The notes: generated by a model from the letters alone, not told the origin. A stretch of DNA of 64,000 nucleotides from Bacteroidota bacterium (GCA_027488905.1 JAIYAT010000010.1:21061-85060); one strand, 5' to 3'. Counted from the first letter of the stretch, positions 40,244 to 47,114 are shown. A program made the numbers and translations.

Positions 40244-40915
40244 TTAAAGAATCATTGGTGCCATATTGAAATTTGTGTCTAATTTTTTATTTCCAATGGA
40301 GTCAAACATTTGGAATTTCCCGTTTAATAATGAACCGCCACCTACTTTATTATTATAATAAGGTTTCTTATACAATTTCCAGTTTTCTATAGTATTAATT
40401 TTCCCATTTTTAAAGTAACTTTTAAGGACACCTGATGGCAACCCCGTATTGTAATTATTCAACCGAATATATGTGCCCTCAAACCAAATATTTCCGTTCT
40501 CATATGGTACTTTTACATAGACACTATCCTCGTATATAATGATACCTTTCAGAGCAAATGCTTTAGTATAGTATGGATGAGTGTTGTTAAAATATTCTGG
40601 AATAACTGACCATTGTATCTTGCCATTTTTAAAAAGAGCTAATGAAACTAATTTGTTCTTTTGTGAGAAATGGAATATTTTGGAAATACTATCTAGCTCA
40701 TTGTCTTTATAAAATACTTCTCTGATTTCATTATTTAAAGAGTCATTTATTTTCCATAATCCTTGTTTTAATCCTTTTTCATCTATAAAGTTAATTTCAG
40801 TCTTTATTTTAATATTACTTATTGAATCGGCAATTGGAATTTGTTGATTTTTAGCGTCCTTTCCTTGGTTAAAACAAGAGGAAATGAATAATATTATTAT
40901 GTAATGAAATTTCAT
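40244..40915 (-). CDS. Putative lipoprotein with MORN-variant/YwqK-like repeats (cassette G)
   Basis: ISSC lipobox; GLKQGLWK, YENGNIWFEG, G..KSYFKNGK, NGKFQMFDSIGN. Confidence 0.65.
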   Translation of the reverse strand: MKFHYIIILFISSCFNQGKDAKNQQIPIADSISNIKIKTEINFIDEKGLKQGLWKINDSLNNEIREVFYKDNELDSISKIFHFSQKNKLVSLALFKNGKIQWSVIPEYFNNTHPYYTKAFALKGIIIYEDSVYVKVPYENGNIWFEGTYIRLNNYNTGLPSGVLKSYFKNGKINTIENWKLYKKPYYNNKVGGGSLLNGKFQMFDSIGNKKLDTNFNMAPMIL

Positions 40916-40927
40916 CTTATAAATTGG

Positions 40928-41070
40928 GCATTACGCTGTTTGTGTTCTTGGCGCAGTAAGGGAATGGTTACCACAAATTCGCTCAAGCACTTTACCCCAA
41001 AAATAAACTTTTCTGCCGTTACTTTTTCCTTTTATTCCAATGCCCTTATTGTGTCAAACGTGTCTTATGT
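40928..41070 (-). repeat. attC-like site 8 (family I; both cores mutated)
   Basis: GCATTAC..GTTTGTGTTCTTGGCGCAGTAAGGG ... CCCTTATTGTGTCAAA-5nt-CTTATGT. Confidence 0.8.
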
Positions 41071-41074
41071 GCTG

Positions 41075-41578
41075 TTATTTTTGCATGATTACATTTCTTT
41101 CTAGCTCTTTAAATAATGTCCACATATTTGTGACTTTGTTATAAAAGAACTTAGTTACTCGAACGTCCATTAAGGCTTGAGTTTGAAACAAAAAGTCCGA
41201 ATAAATGTCTTCTCTCCATTGAACAATATCTCCACTAATTATGACTTCTATTGTGTCGGTTTTTAGTACTTTGCGATAAATATTGTAAATGTATCTGCCG
41301 CTGTCCGCATTGTCTCCTTGGCATATGGCTTGTCTTGGTGTCTGATGTGCAATGAACCTAAAATGGTTTTGCCCGACTTTTCCATTTAGTAAAGTGGAAT
41401 CCAAGTCTGTCCGCATAATAATATAGCCATACCTCTTTTGGTCTTGATGGATAGATGAGTCAGAAAAATATTTTCTAATTGTCATATTATAAAGTCTTGA
41501 CAAATCTTTTTCAGTAGGCTTTTGACCAAAAGAAATTGTTGCCAACAAGATTGCTAGAATTAACATAAATTTAGGCAT
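41075..41578 (-). CDS. Hypothetical exported protein (cassette H)
   Basis: Signal peptide; the stop codon lies inside the terminal 15-bp repeat. Confidence 0.7.
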   Translation of the reverse strand: MPKFMLILAILLATISFGQKPTEKDLSRLYNMTIRKYFSDSSIHQDQKRYGYIIMRTDLDSTLLNGKVGQNHFRFIAHQTPRQAICQGDNADSGRYIYNIYRKVLKTDTIEVIISGDIVQWREDIYSDFLFQTQALMDVRVTKFFYNKVTNMWTLFKELERNVIMQK

Positions 41579-41600
41579 ATTTTGTCGTCATTATAATAGC

Positions 41601-41730
41601 CACTAACGTTTAATTGCTAACCGCAGATGGCCCAATTGCGGACCATTCTTCATGATAGCAGCTTATCAAATATAGAAAATTATTCATAGCGAACAACCGA
41701 AGGGCCATTTGCGGTTAGGTGTTGTTAGCG
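41601..41730 (-). repeat. attC-like site 9 (family III)
   Basis: CACTAAC-9nt-CTAACCGCAGATGGCCC ... GGGCCATTTGCGGTTAG-5nt-GTTAGCG (17-bp inner stem, one G.T). Confidence 0.88.
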
Positions 41731-41780
41731 GCTGTTTTTTCTTTATTCCGAAGGTGTGTTGTTGAATGCACACACATAGT

Positions 41781-42368
41781 TTATTCAATGTTTGATAAAT
41801 CTAAATAATCTCCGCTGTCATGCCCTATGGCTACAAATAATTTCTCATTGCTTGTCAAAAAGAGTTTCCTGTTGAGTTTCGTTCTGATAATTTCATCAAA
41901 TGTCAACGAACAATAAGCTAGCGGTAAAATCCAGTCGAGGAATTCATAATTGTCTTTGTCAGTTCTTGCTATGTCTTCAATTTGTTGTAGCAAAGTTGGC
42001 TGAGCATAACTATTCTCTGGAACATAAATTGGGTCTAAAGCCCAATCTAAATCATCCTTTTCATACTTGTCCGCACCTGCTAAATAAATTGTTGGAATTT
42101 CTTTTTCATTATCCTCAAATTTTATAATACCTATCCAAAGCGCAACAACACTGCTTGGAAGCGGCGAGATTGTTACAAGATTTTGAAGCCATTCAAGAAT
42201 ATCTGCTTGTTCTTTGTCAATATCTAAATTTCGCAAGGCAGTCCAGTAAGGTTTAGGATTTGTGCTTTCGTGATTGTCAATAAAACTATTCCAAGCATCT
42301 TTTGCAGTTAGTTTTGCAGCGAAAATCGATGTCAAGCTATCCCAAGATTTGTCATGTTGAAATTCCAT
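41781..42368 (-). CDS. Hypothetical acidic cytoplasmic protein (cassette I)
   Basis: 195-aa ORF ending in IGHDSGDY. Confidence 0.7.
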   Translation of the reverse strand: MEFQHDKSWDSLTSIFAAKLTAKDAWNSFIDNHESTNPKPYWTALRNLDIDKEQADILEWLQNLVTISPLPSSVVALWIGIIKFEDNEKEIPTIYLAGADKYEKDDLDWALDPIYVPENSYAQPTLLQQIEDIARTDKDNYEFLDWILPLAYCSLTFDEIIRTKLNRKLFLTSNEKLFVAIGHDSGDYLDLSNIE

Positions 42369-42421
42369 ATCAGTTTTTTTCTGCTATCAGTTTAATGTTT
42401 GCACGATGATCCTATAATAGC

Positions 42422-42563
42422 CGCCAATGTTTGTGTTCTTGGCGCAGTAAGGGAATGATTAGCACAAATTTCGCTCTTGCGCTTTAAGCCAAAAATAAAC
42501 TTTTCTGCCTTTTCTTTTTCCTTTTATTCTTAAGCCCTTATTGCCGCCAAACGCGTGTCGGCA
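42422..42563 (-). repeat. attC-like site 10 (family I; cores AAT/GTC)
   Basis: CGCCAAT-9nt-CTTGGCGCAGTAAGGG ... CCCTTATTGCCGCCAAA-5nt-GTCGGCA. Confidence 0.85.
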
Positions 42564-42573
42564 GTAGTGCTTA

Positions 42574-42993
42574 TTAGTCGGGTTTATTATTTTCCCAATA
42601 TTCTTTTGGTGTTACAATTTTGGTCTTTTTATAGGTCGAAAATGTAAAGTCATTTGTATTTCCAGTAATAACAAAGTTGGCTATGCTTTCGTCAGCAAGT
42701 TCCAAAATTTTATTATCATCAACATCAGAAATCAAGTCAAGTTTTATTCTCGGATGAAATTTAGTTGCCCTACTTTCAATATCCACAAGAAGAGATTCTG
42801 CCCGTATAAAAAAGTCTTGAAATTTCGCAAACTTTGGTCGAGCTAACACCTCATAATACTCGGCCATTAATTCTTCAGAAATACATAGTTGGAACTTGTT
42901 CTCCAGAAAAAGGTCGTTAATAATCTGGTTTGGATAACTTTTTTGAATTAAAGCTGAAACAATAACATTCGTGTCAATTACGATTTTTTGCAT
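42574..42993 (-). CDS. PIN-family putative toxin (cassette J)
   Basis: KIVIDTNVIVSAL, EY.EVL.RPKF, D.DDNKILELA, VITGNTNDF. Confidence 0.9.
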   Translation of the reverse strand: MQKIVIDTNVIVSALIQKSYPNQIINDLFLENKFQLCISEELMAEYYEVLARPKFAKFQDFFIRAESLLVDIESRATKFHPRIKLDLISDVDDNKILELADESIANFVITGNTNDFTFSTYKKTKIVTPKEYWENNKPD

Positions 42994-43204
42994 TATGTCT
43001 AACAGCTTTTACTTCATTTGTTATTTCGTCAATATCCATATTAGAAAGACCATATTTTTCAGCGAGCTGAATGCATTTGTTTAGATTTTGACGAGTCAAT
43101 TCTTTACTCACAAGGTCGATAAAGTCTGTAAAATTTAGGTTGTCGTTTTTAATGCCGAATTTACTATACTCAAGGTCGGATATTGAAATATTCAAGGTTC
43201 TCAT
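42974..43204 (-). CDS. Putative antitoxin partner of the PIN toxin (cassette J)
   Basis: Small ORF overlapping the PIN start; C-terminal M.IDEITNEVKAVR; TAAATTTG box at 43270-43277 upstream. Confidence 0.75.
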   Translation of the reverse strand: MRTLNISISDLEYSKFGIKNDNLNFTDFIDLVSKELTRQNLNKCIQLAEKYGLSNMDIDEITNEVKAVRHNAKNRN

Positions 43205-43288
43205 TTTTTTTATATCTATATTCAAAAATAAGAAAAAATATTTGGGTTTAAGAAGGTCTTATTTTTTTGCAAATTTAAATAGCATTAC

Positions 43289-43420
43289 TGCCAACGTTTT
43301 CGGGCTTGGCGAAGGTGGCGATTTTCACCACAAATGTTGATGCGGAAAACCAAACTTTGATTAACCACAAATGTGTCTGCGGAGCACTGAACCGCCACTT
43401 TTGCCAAACCCGTGTTACCT
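43289..43420 (-). repeat. attC-like site 11 (family II)
   Basis: TGCCAAC-9nt-CTTGGCGAAGGTGGCG ... CGCCACTTTTGCCAAA-5nt-GTTACCT. Confidence 0.88.
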
Positions 43421-43429
43421 GCTGCCCTT

Positions 43430-44248
43430 TTAGTTTTCATTCGTTATAAGTGAAAATTTTCCGTTGTTTAGTAAGGTCTTGATGTTGTCTAAAATTTGGT
43501 TGGGTGCGTAATAGTTTGGATGACTTTGAAAAATAGCAGCGTCATTCATTATAGCTTCTATTTCTTGTTTTGTCTGCTCTACTTGTCCCTTGTCGGCAAA
43601 TTTAAGGGAATTGGGTTTGAACCAATCCACTTCAATACAATAGTTGATTTGCTTTGAACAACGACAAGGATTTTTGGGGTCATAAATACCACATTGTTTT
43701 GCCATAAAAGCCCTTATTTGTTGTCGTGCTAAGGAAAGTCTTTTTCTGAACGTTGTTGGTTCAATGTCAAGAATGTATGCCCCTTCATTACTGTCAAACT
43801 CCAAGATTTCTCCAACCAAATATGCCAAACGTAACGTTCTCGACACACAAATTAGCATACTAGTACTACAAGCAATTTTTACTTCTTCTTCCAATAAGTT
43901 TGCATCGGCTTTTTCGTAGGCTGGGTAAGTTGCACCAACTTTAAGATGGTACTCGCCTTCTTCAAAGGTGAGGTTTTCAATTTCGGTTCTTTTCATATTC
44001 AGCAAATAGTTAGTTGCTACCCTATACACCCAGGTGGTAAAGCTACTTTCACCTTTGAATTTGGAAAGGTTGGTCAACACCTTCAAAAGAATTTCTTGTG
44101 TAGCATCTTCCGCATCCATCGGATTCCAGAGGTAACGAACAGATAAATTGTATACATTTCGCTGAATGCACCTTATCAGTATTTCAATGGATTTTTTATC
44201 ACCATTCAGGCAATTCTCTATGAGTTCTATGTAGTTTATTTTTTCCAT
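43430..44248 (-). CDS. ECF sigma factor with Cys-containing C-terminal extension (cassette K)
   Basis: DAEDATQEIL, SSFTTWVYRVATN, FRKRLS.AR, extension CGIYDPKNPCRC. Confidence 0.9.
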   Translation of the reverse strand: MEKINYIELIENCLNGDKKSIEILIRCIQRNVYNLSVRYLWNPMDAEDATQEILLKVLTNLSKFKGESSFTTWVYRVATNYLLNMKRTEIENLTFEEGEYHLKVGATYPAYEKADANLLEEEVKIACSTSMLICVSRTLRLAYLVGEILEFDSNEGAYILDIEPTTFRKRLSLARQQIRAFMAKQCGIYDPKNPCRCSKQINYCIEVDWFKPNSLKFADKGQVEQTKQEIEAIMNDAAIFQSHPNYYAPNQILDNIKTLLNNGKFSLITNEN

Positions 44249-44278
44249 TCTCCGAACCAGTACTTATTAAATACAAAA

Positions 44279-44629
44279 CTAAGTAGCATAATAGAATTTT
44301 TCTTTCACTATCAAACCATTTTCCCAATGTCTTACTGCTACTTCAGGATAAATAATTTTTTCGCTCTGCTCATTGGTATAATCAAAAAGGACTTCCTGAA
44401 TGCTCAGATTTTCACCATACGCCACGCTTAAAACTTTGAGTTTTAAGTCGGGAAATGCCTCTACAAAACCACCACACTGTTCACGATTGAAGTATTTGCC
44501 CACTCGTGGTTCGGTTTCGTTTTCCTGCATCGTTATATTTTCAGCATAGAAAAGCTCAAATGCTTCCATTGCTTTACCTTGCTCAATCATTGTGTTGAGC
44601 TGCTCATTGTTGTGTTTAAAATTACTCAT
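44279..44629 (-). CDS. SnoaL/NTF2-like protein (cassette K)
   Basis: AFELFYAENITMQEN...EVAVRHWENGLIVKEKFYY. Confidence 0.85.
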   Translation of the reverse strand: MSNFKHNNEQLNTMIEQGKAMEAFELFYAENITMQENETEPRVGKYFNREQCGGFVEAFPDLKLKVLSVAYGENLSIQEVLFDYTNEQSEKIIYPEVAVRHWENGLIVKEKFYYAT

Positions 44630-44649
44630 TTTTTAAAATTTCGATGTGA

Positions 44650-45300
44650 TTAATTAAAAGTTTTTCGCAGAAATAAACCAGCATTCGGGTTGAATGTTGT
44701 TTCCAATTCATTGCTAACAGGGTTTCTAAATGTCGGTATTTGCGTGTCGCACCCAATGCCAAACTGAAATCCTTTATGCTCAAGTCCGAGCCTTATTTGC
44801 TGAAAACTGAAGTTGTGTTGCTGGAAATTAAAGTTAGTGCTAAAAGTGAGTTGAGAAAAGAATTTCAGTTTTTTAGTCAATTTAGGGTTATACACTAAAA
44901 GTCCAAACATTTCGTAGTTTGGTTTATTGGTCAATTCAATGGTCGGGAAAACATTAAGGTACAAGTCTCCTTTTTCATTGAAGTATTGCAAAGAAATTGC
45001 TGCAATTGGAACAAAGCCTTGATTTGTCATATACCCCCCCGTTGCAACACCAACGTATTGATTAAAATTAAACGTTGCAACAGAGTAAATAAATGGGTCA
45101 ACTGTTGACCTATCCTTGTAGTCAACAGTAAAATAAGTCAGGTTAAAAAAGCTGACGATACCAAGAGAGTCAATGGGTTTAGAAATAAGGATTTCGTGTT
45201 GAGCCTTTTTGTGTCCGCCAAAGACTTCGCCATAAATGATTTGTGCTTGCAAGGTCTGGCTTAGAAATGCCAAAATGAGAATTAAGAAAATTTGCTTCAT
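44650..45300 (-). CDS. Hypothetical outer-membrane/exported protein (cassette K)
   Basis: Signal peptide MKQIFLILIL...AQ from ATG 45300; beta-strand pattern; terminal GLFLRKTFN. Confidence 0.7.
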   Translation of the reverse strand: MKQIFLILILAFLSQTLQAQIIYGEVFGGHKKAQHEILISKPIDSLGIVSFFNLTYFTVDYKDRSTVDPFIYSVATFNFNQYVGVATGGYMTNQGFVPIAAISLQYFNEKGDLYLNVFPTIELTNKPNYEMFGLLVYNPKLTKKLKFFSQLTFSTNFNFQQHNFSFQQIRLGLEHKGFQFGIGCDTQIPTFRNPVSNELETTFNPNAGLFLRKTFN

Positions 45301-45327
45301 ACTTGTCTGAATAAACTGTTTTGTCCA

Positions 45328-45355
45328 TTTGACACAATTCAACCTACAAGTGTGA
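45328..45355 (-). promoter_or_regulatory. Possible ECF-type promoter of the cassette K operon
   Basis: Minus strand TCACA-N17-GTCAAA upstream of the first gene of an operon ending in an ECF sigma. Confidence 0.3.
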
Positions 45356-45390
45356 AGTGAAATTTGAAATTTTTTTGAGGTTTGTCGTTT

Positions 45391-45470
45391 AGGGTTGCAG
45401 GTAACTCTTTTACTTGCGAAGCAAAATACTAAATTAAGGTTAATTATTGTGAAATTGCCGATGGAAATTA
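45391..45470 (-). other. attI-like primary insertion junction
   Basis: AGGGTTGCAGGTAAC matches the other end of cassette K (GTTACCTGCTGCCCT), but no hairpin partner arm follows. Confidence 0.6.
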
Positions 45471-45531
45471 TCGTTTTATTGAAAGTTAGCAATTGATTAA
45501 TTTAGGTTCAGAAAGGCTCCTAACTCTCCAA

Positions 45532-45757
45532 TACACCCGCACTCACACCCACACTCTTGCTCACACTCACACTCTTGCTTTTCACTCTTTCTCTTCCCTC
45601 TTTCTCTTCCCTCTTTTTCTTCCCTCTTGCTCCATACTGCTTATGTACCCCGCAATCAGTTTGGAGTGTGAGTCTTGAGCAAGAGTTTACGCACTTAATG
45701 AGAGTCTTCCAAAGCACTCTTTCTCCTCCCTCTTGCTCCATACTGCTTAGGTACCCC
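45532..45757. repeat. Low-complexity region: CACACT-type hexamer runs, an inverted copy and a 31-bp direct repeat
   Basis: CTCTTGCTCACACTCACACTC (45554-45574) vs GAGTGTGAGTCTTGAGCAAGAG (45664-45685); TCCCTCTTGCTCCATACTGCTTA(T/G)GTACCCC at 45621 and 45727. Confidence 0.75.
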
Positions 45758-46012
45758 CTTGGATTATCGTGATTACCCCCTTGGATTAACATGGACACCC
45801 GCTTGGATTAACATGGTTACCCCCTTGGATTAACATGGTTACCCCCTTGGATTAACATGGGTACCCGCTTGGATTAACATAGGTACCCGCTTGGATTAAC
45901 ATGGGTACCTGCTTGGATTAACATGGGTACCCCCTTGGATTAACATGGGTACCTGCTTGGATTAACATAGGTACCCGCTTGGAGCATCGTGGGTACCCCC
46001 TTGGTGTAACAT
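45751..46012. repeat. Tandem repeat, 12 x 22 bp (GTACCC(C/G)CTTGGATTAACATGG)
   Basis: TTGG recurs at 45759, 45781, 45803, 45825, 45847, 45869, 45891, 45913, 45935, 45957, 45979 and 46001; no spacers. Confidence 0.95.
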
Positions 46013-46067
46013 ATATAAGAAGGGGAAGCATAAAGTAGATTGTGTAAACTTGTGTAAGATTTGGTAC

Positions 46068-46100
46068 AAAAAAAGTCATCCCCGAAACTGGAGATGACTT
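46068..46100 (-). terminator. Intrinsic terminator downstream of the 46126-46857 ORF
   Basis: Minus strand AAGTCATCTCCAGTTTCGGGGATGACTTTTTTT: hairpin plus U-tract. Confidence 0.8.
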
Positions 46101-46125
46101 GCTAAGGGTTGATAACTAAGCTTAT

Positions 46126-46857
46126 TTATAAGCCGATTTTACTGAAAAATTTAAATGGTATTACCTGATGATGTTCTGAACTGGTTCTGCCAAATGTACC
46201 ACGGATATTTGCTTTCACTTGGCGGCCTAATATGATGATTCCGTTTTCTTCATTATAAAATAGTACATCGCGTTTGTGACGCGCATAGGTTAGGGTATTC
46301 TCTAAAGCATTTACCTCATCATTTATCTGCTCCAATTTTAACTGATAGGCTTTTAGGGCTGCTATCTCGAGTTCGCTTTGGTTGGGTTTATAATTGGGTA
46401 TCATTTCTAGAAACTCAATAAACTGCAAAAAGTCTTCTGCTCTTTTTTCTAAGGTAAGATAGGCTCCTATGTGTTTGCTTGGTTTAGACTCACCTGTTTC
46501 AGCGGGTGCCGATTGCTTTTTGTTATAGCCCTTAATTTGTTTAACCACCAAGTATAGGTCATGGTAAAGGCTTTTGTCTACCCCCTGCGATTGCAGCATG
46601 TCTAGTATCCTACTGAGCATCTGGTTTTGGTCCTTGAATAGGTTCAACCTACGCGTAGTGGCATTTAAATAATCCGTTTCTGCATCACTTACCTTTTTAA
46701 TGGCCATTCGACTCTGTGAAAGGAAGTCTTCCAGAGTGGCTAGGCTTAGGTTGGGGTTAGAAGGGTTGTAGGCGGTACCGAATTTCTTCACTACATCAAT
46801 CAAACCAGAGAAATTGTTCATTTTAGCTGTAAAGCTAGATAGATTGTGCTTGTTCAT
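46126..46857 (-). CDS. Hypothetical alpha-helical protein with internal duplication
   Basis: YNPSNPNLSLATL / YKPNQSELEIAAL repeated motif, each followed by a coiled coil; likely start MNKHNL. Confidence 0.75.
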   Translation of the reverse strand: MNKHNLSSFTAKMNNFSGLIDVVKKFGTAYNPSNPNLSLATLEDFLSQSRMAIKKVSDAETDYLNATTRRLNLFKDQNQMLSRILDMLQSQGVDKSLYHDLYLVVKQIKGYNKKQSAPAETGESKPSKHIGAYLTLEKRAEDFLQFIEFLEMIPNYKPNQSELEIAALKAYQLKLEQINDEVNALENTLTYARHKRDVLFYNEENGIIILGRQVKANIRGTFGRTSSEHHQVIPFKFFSKIGL

Positions 46858-47114
46858 ATTTTTATGTATTAATAATGACACTGCAAGTATTGACATAAAA
46901 GGCTGAACAGTAAAGGCTAAATAGTTTGATATTACGCAGATACAAGCTATGTTCTTGCGCAAATTGCATATGCAAGGACAATATCCTAGGCAAACACCCT
47001 TTCATTTGCATATTTCGCAAATAAACCAGCACTTAATTTGCACTACACCCAAATGGAAAGTAATTTTTTTACACCAAATGCAATTTTATTTTGGGCAAAT
47101 TGGGGAGTTGAAGC

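Larger units (their letters stand above)
32466..45405 (-). mobile_element. Integron-like gene cassette array: 11 cassettes, 11 attC-like sites, no integrase in window
   Basis: All genes on the minus strand; hairpin sites with AAC/GTT cores between gene units; 15-bp flanks complementary across each cassette. Confidence 0.88.

Noticed and set aside
33281..43420. att-like sites as simple terminators, REPs or MITEs
   Set aside because: No target-site duplications or consistent U-tracts, and flank complementarity tracks the cassette rather than the element. A secondary terminator role is not excluded.
45493..45798. Three overlapping short ORFs
   Set aside because: Products of low-complexity sequence with no protein-like features.
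45751..46012. CRISPR array
   Set aside because: The 22-bp units are contiguous with no unique spacers, and there are no cas genes in the window.
46126..46962. Integrase for the array
   Set aside because: No tyrosine- or serine-recombinase catalytic motifs are visible.
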